From sequence record SRR2962707_1815: a stretch of 52,183 bases of DNA; one strand, written 5' to 3'. The position numbers and the translations under genes were made by a program. The notes under the pieces are model-generated. The model saw nothing but the letters and a program-made list of their open reading frames with translations. It was not told the DNA's origin and did no database searches. Of this stretch, positions 51,029-52,183 are shown piece after piece (position 1 is the first letter of the stretch; every line of letters begins with the position of its first letter).

Positions 51029-52183
51029 GTCTTATGTCTCCTTCTCCAACGACGTTAAAATGGAGAGTGCTTATTGGTTTTATTTTGATGGAGTAGATTG
51101 GCAATACTTTAATATTTATCTGTTTTACCGCTCATTTATTCTTACCTTGCTGTGCGCACGAATCAGAATTACCTTATGACAAATTCAAAGTCAAACCTCA
51201 TTAACAAATAATAAAAGCCATGAAAATATTGACTAAAATGCGAATTTAAAAACAATAGAATTCTCAATATTGAATATCAAAAAACATAAATTAATATATA
51301 ATAAAAAAAGCACTTATGCTTTTGTCACAAAGTAAGCAATTGAAAATTAATGTTTTTCTCTAATTCTTAGATAAGAATTTAGCCTTTGACTGGGGATCAA
51401 TATTTCCCCGCAGCGCCTCAAGATACAAAGCCCCCACTTTCCCCTTAGGCCATATAAAAGCGAGAGCCGTGAAGTGTAGGTAGCGGCTACTTGACGGTGC
51501 AGATAGGCTTTTTTAATAAGGAGAAAGTGTCATGATAACAATGGAAGATAAGGCCTAACTTAGTTCCATATATCATCAATAATTAGCAGAGATTTTAGGA
51601 TAGAAGGCCTATAAACAGGCCGTTTTCCCGCCTTTTAAGCCCATCAATTAAGCCTCCTCTTTGATCCCCTTTTATGGCCACATACAACAACACAAATAGC
51701 ATCAAGTCCTACATTAATCATAGTGATGGACGGTTTTTCAAACGACATGAGAAGTTACTTAATTTATGCACATTGGAAGGCCATATAAGTGTCACTGACC
51801 TTTGCTTCCACAACGGCCATTCCAAAAAGTGATTGTCGGCTGCCTATGCTCGATTTTCATAAGAAATTAAAGTGCTCTTGCGCAATTAGATTGCCGCTTC
51901 CTCCTCTTAACCTTACAAAAAACCATGTTTCCTAATCATAGAACCCATCACCCTATTCAAGTGTAACAAAGAGGATTGGTACTAATTTTTATAAAAGCCA
52001 ATAAAAACAATGACCTGTAATCAGCCTTACTTTTCTAATAAAACCAGCTTTAACATGAAGGCAACAATCCGTGCTTATTTTTAAAGATATTGCATCGTTA
52101 TTTGAATAGTTGAATGTAAAGTGACACTGCACCTTAACCTCTATTTATTTAAATTTTTAATGTTATTATTTAAAACATAGAAA

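Noticed and set aside
1035-51179. Numerous 60-210 aa ORFs overlapping real genes (e.g. 1035-1406, 20223-20861, 39823-40278, 34692-35072)
   Set aside because: Antisense or alternate-frame shadows of well-supported genes, with no recognisable motifs.
51464-51500. GAGCCGTG...ACGGTGC resembling group II intron domain V
   Set aside because: Lacks the GNRA loop and AC bulge geometry; no RT ORF or other intron domains nearby.
51560-51634. Minus-strand peptide ...LLIIDDIWN resembling a Walker B motif or transposase fragment
   Set aside because: Only 24 codons between stops, with no Walker A or further similarity; could be chance.
1-52183. CRISPR array, tRNA, rRNA, prophage or anti-phage defence genes
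   Set aside because: No regularly spaced repeats, tRNA/rRNA signatures, or phage/defence motifs seen; the only tRNA-like structure is the tmRNA.

Overview
A 52 kb chromosomal window from a marine gammaproteobacterium; gene content and order suggest Marinomonas or a relative (inference). The left half is accessory and catabolic: the 3' part of a tctCBA tripartite transporter, a ~100 bp IS3-family scar, an arsR-arsH-acr3-arsC operon and type II dehydroquinase. It also carries a complete protocatechuate 4,5-cleavage pathway split into two blocks (ligR-ligC-AKR and ligJKUIAB), separated by pycAB/pycR, ada-alkA and a PAS chemoreceptor. The middle holds a peroxiredoxin, an MCP, a MocR regulator, a sigma28-preceded PilZ-DUF501 pair, glpK/glpR/glpD, a TSUP permease and a GcvA-like LysR. 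Next come an unannotated ~185 nt structured sRNA candidate in the gcvB position and a back-to-back deletion scar of two pseudogenes. The right half is core genome: gap, udk, dnaJ-dnaK-grpE with sigma32 promoters, recN, fur, bamE, ratB/ratA, an NSS transporter, smpB and tmRNA. After the tmRNA lie att-like signals and what looks like the edge of an integrated island carrying a short secreted alkyl sulfatase. No CRISPR array, rRNA or tRNA was seen. The most novel-looking items are the sRNA candidate, the shared LysR operator linking the split lig blocks, the sigma28 PilZ-DUF501 unit, the fused pseudogene scar and the ssrA island edge. All family calls come from motif recognition, not database searches.
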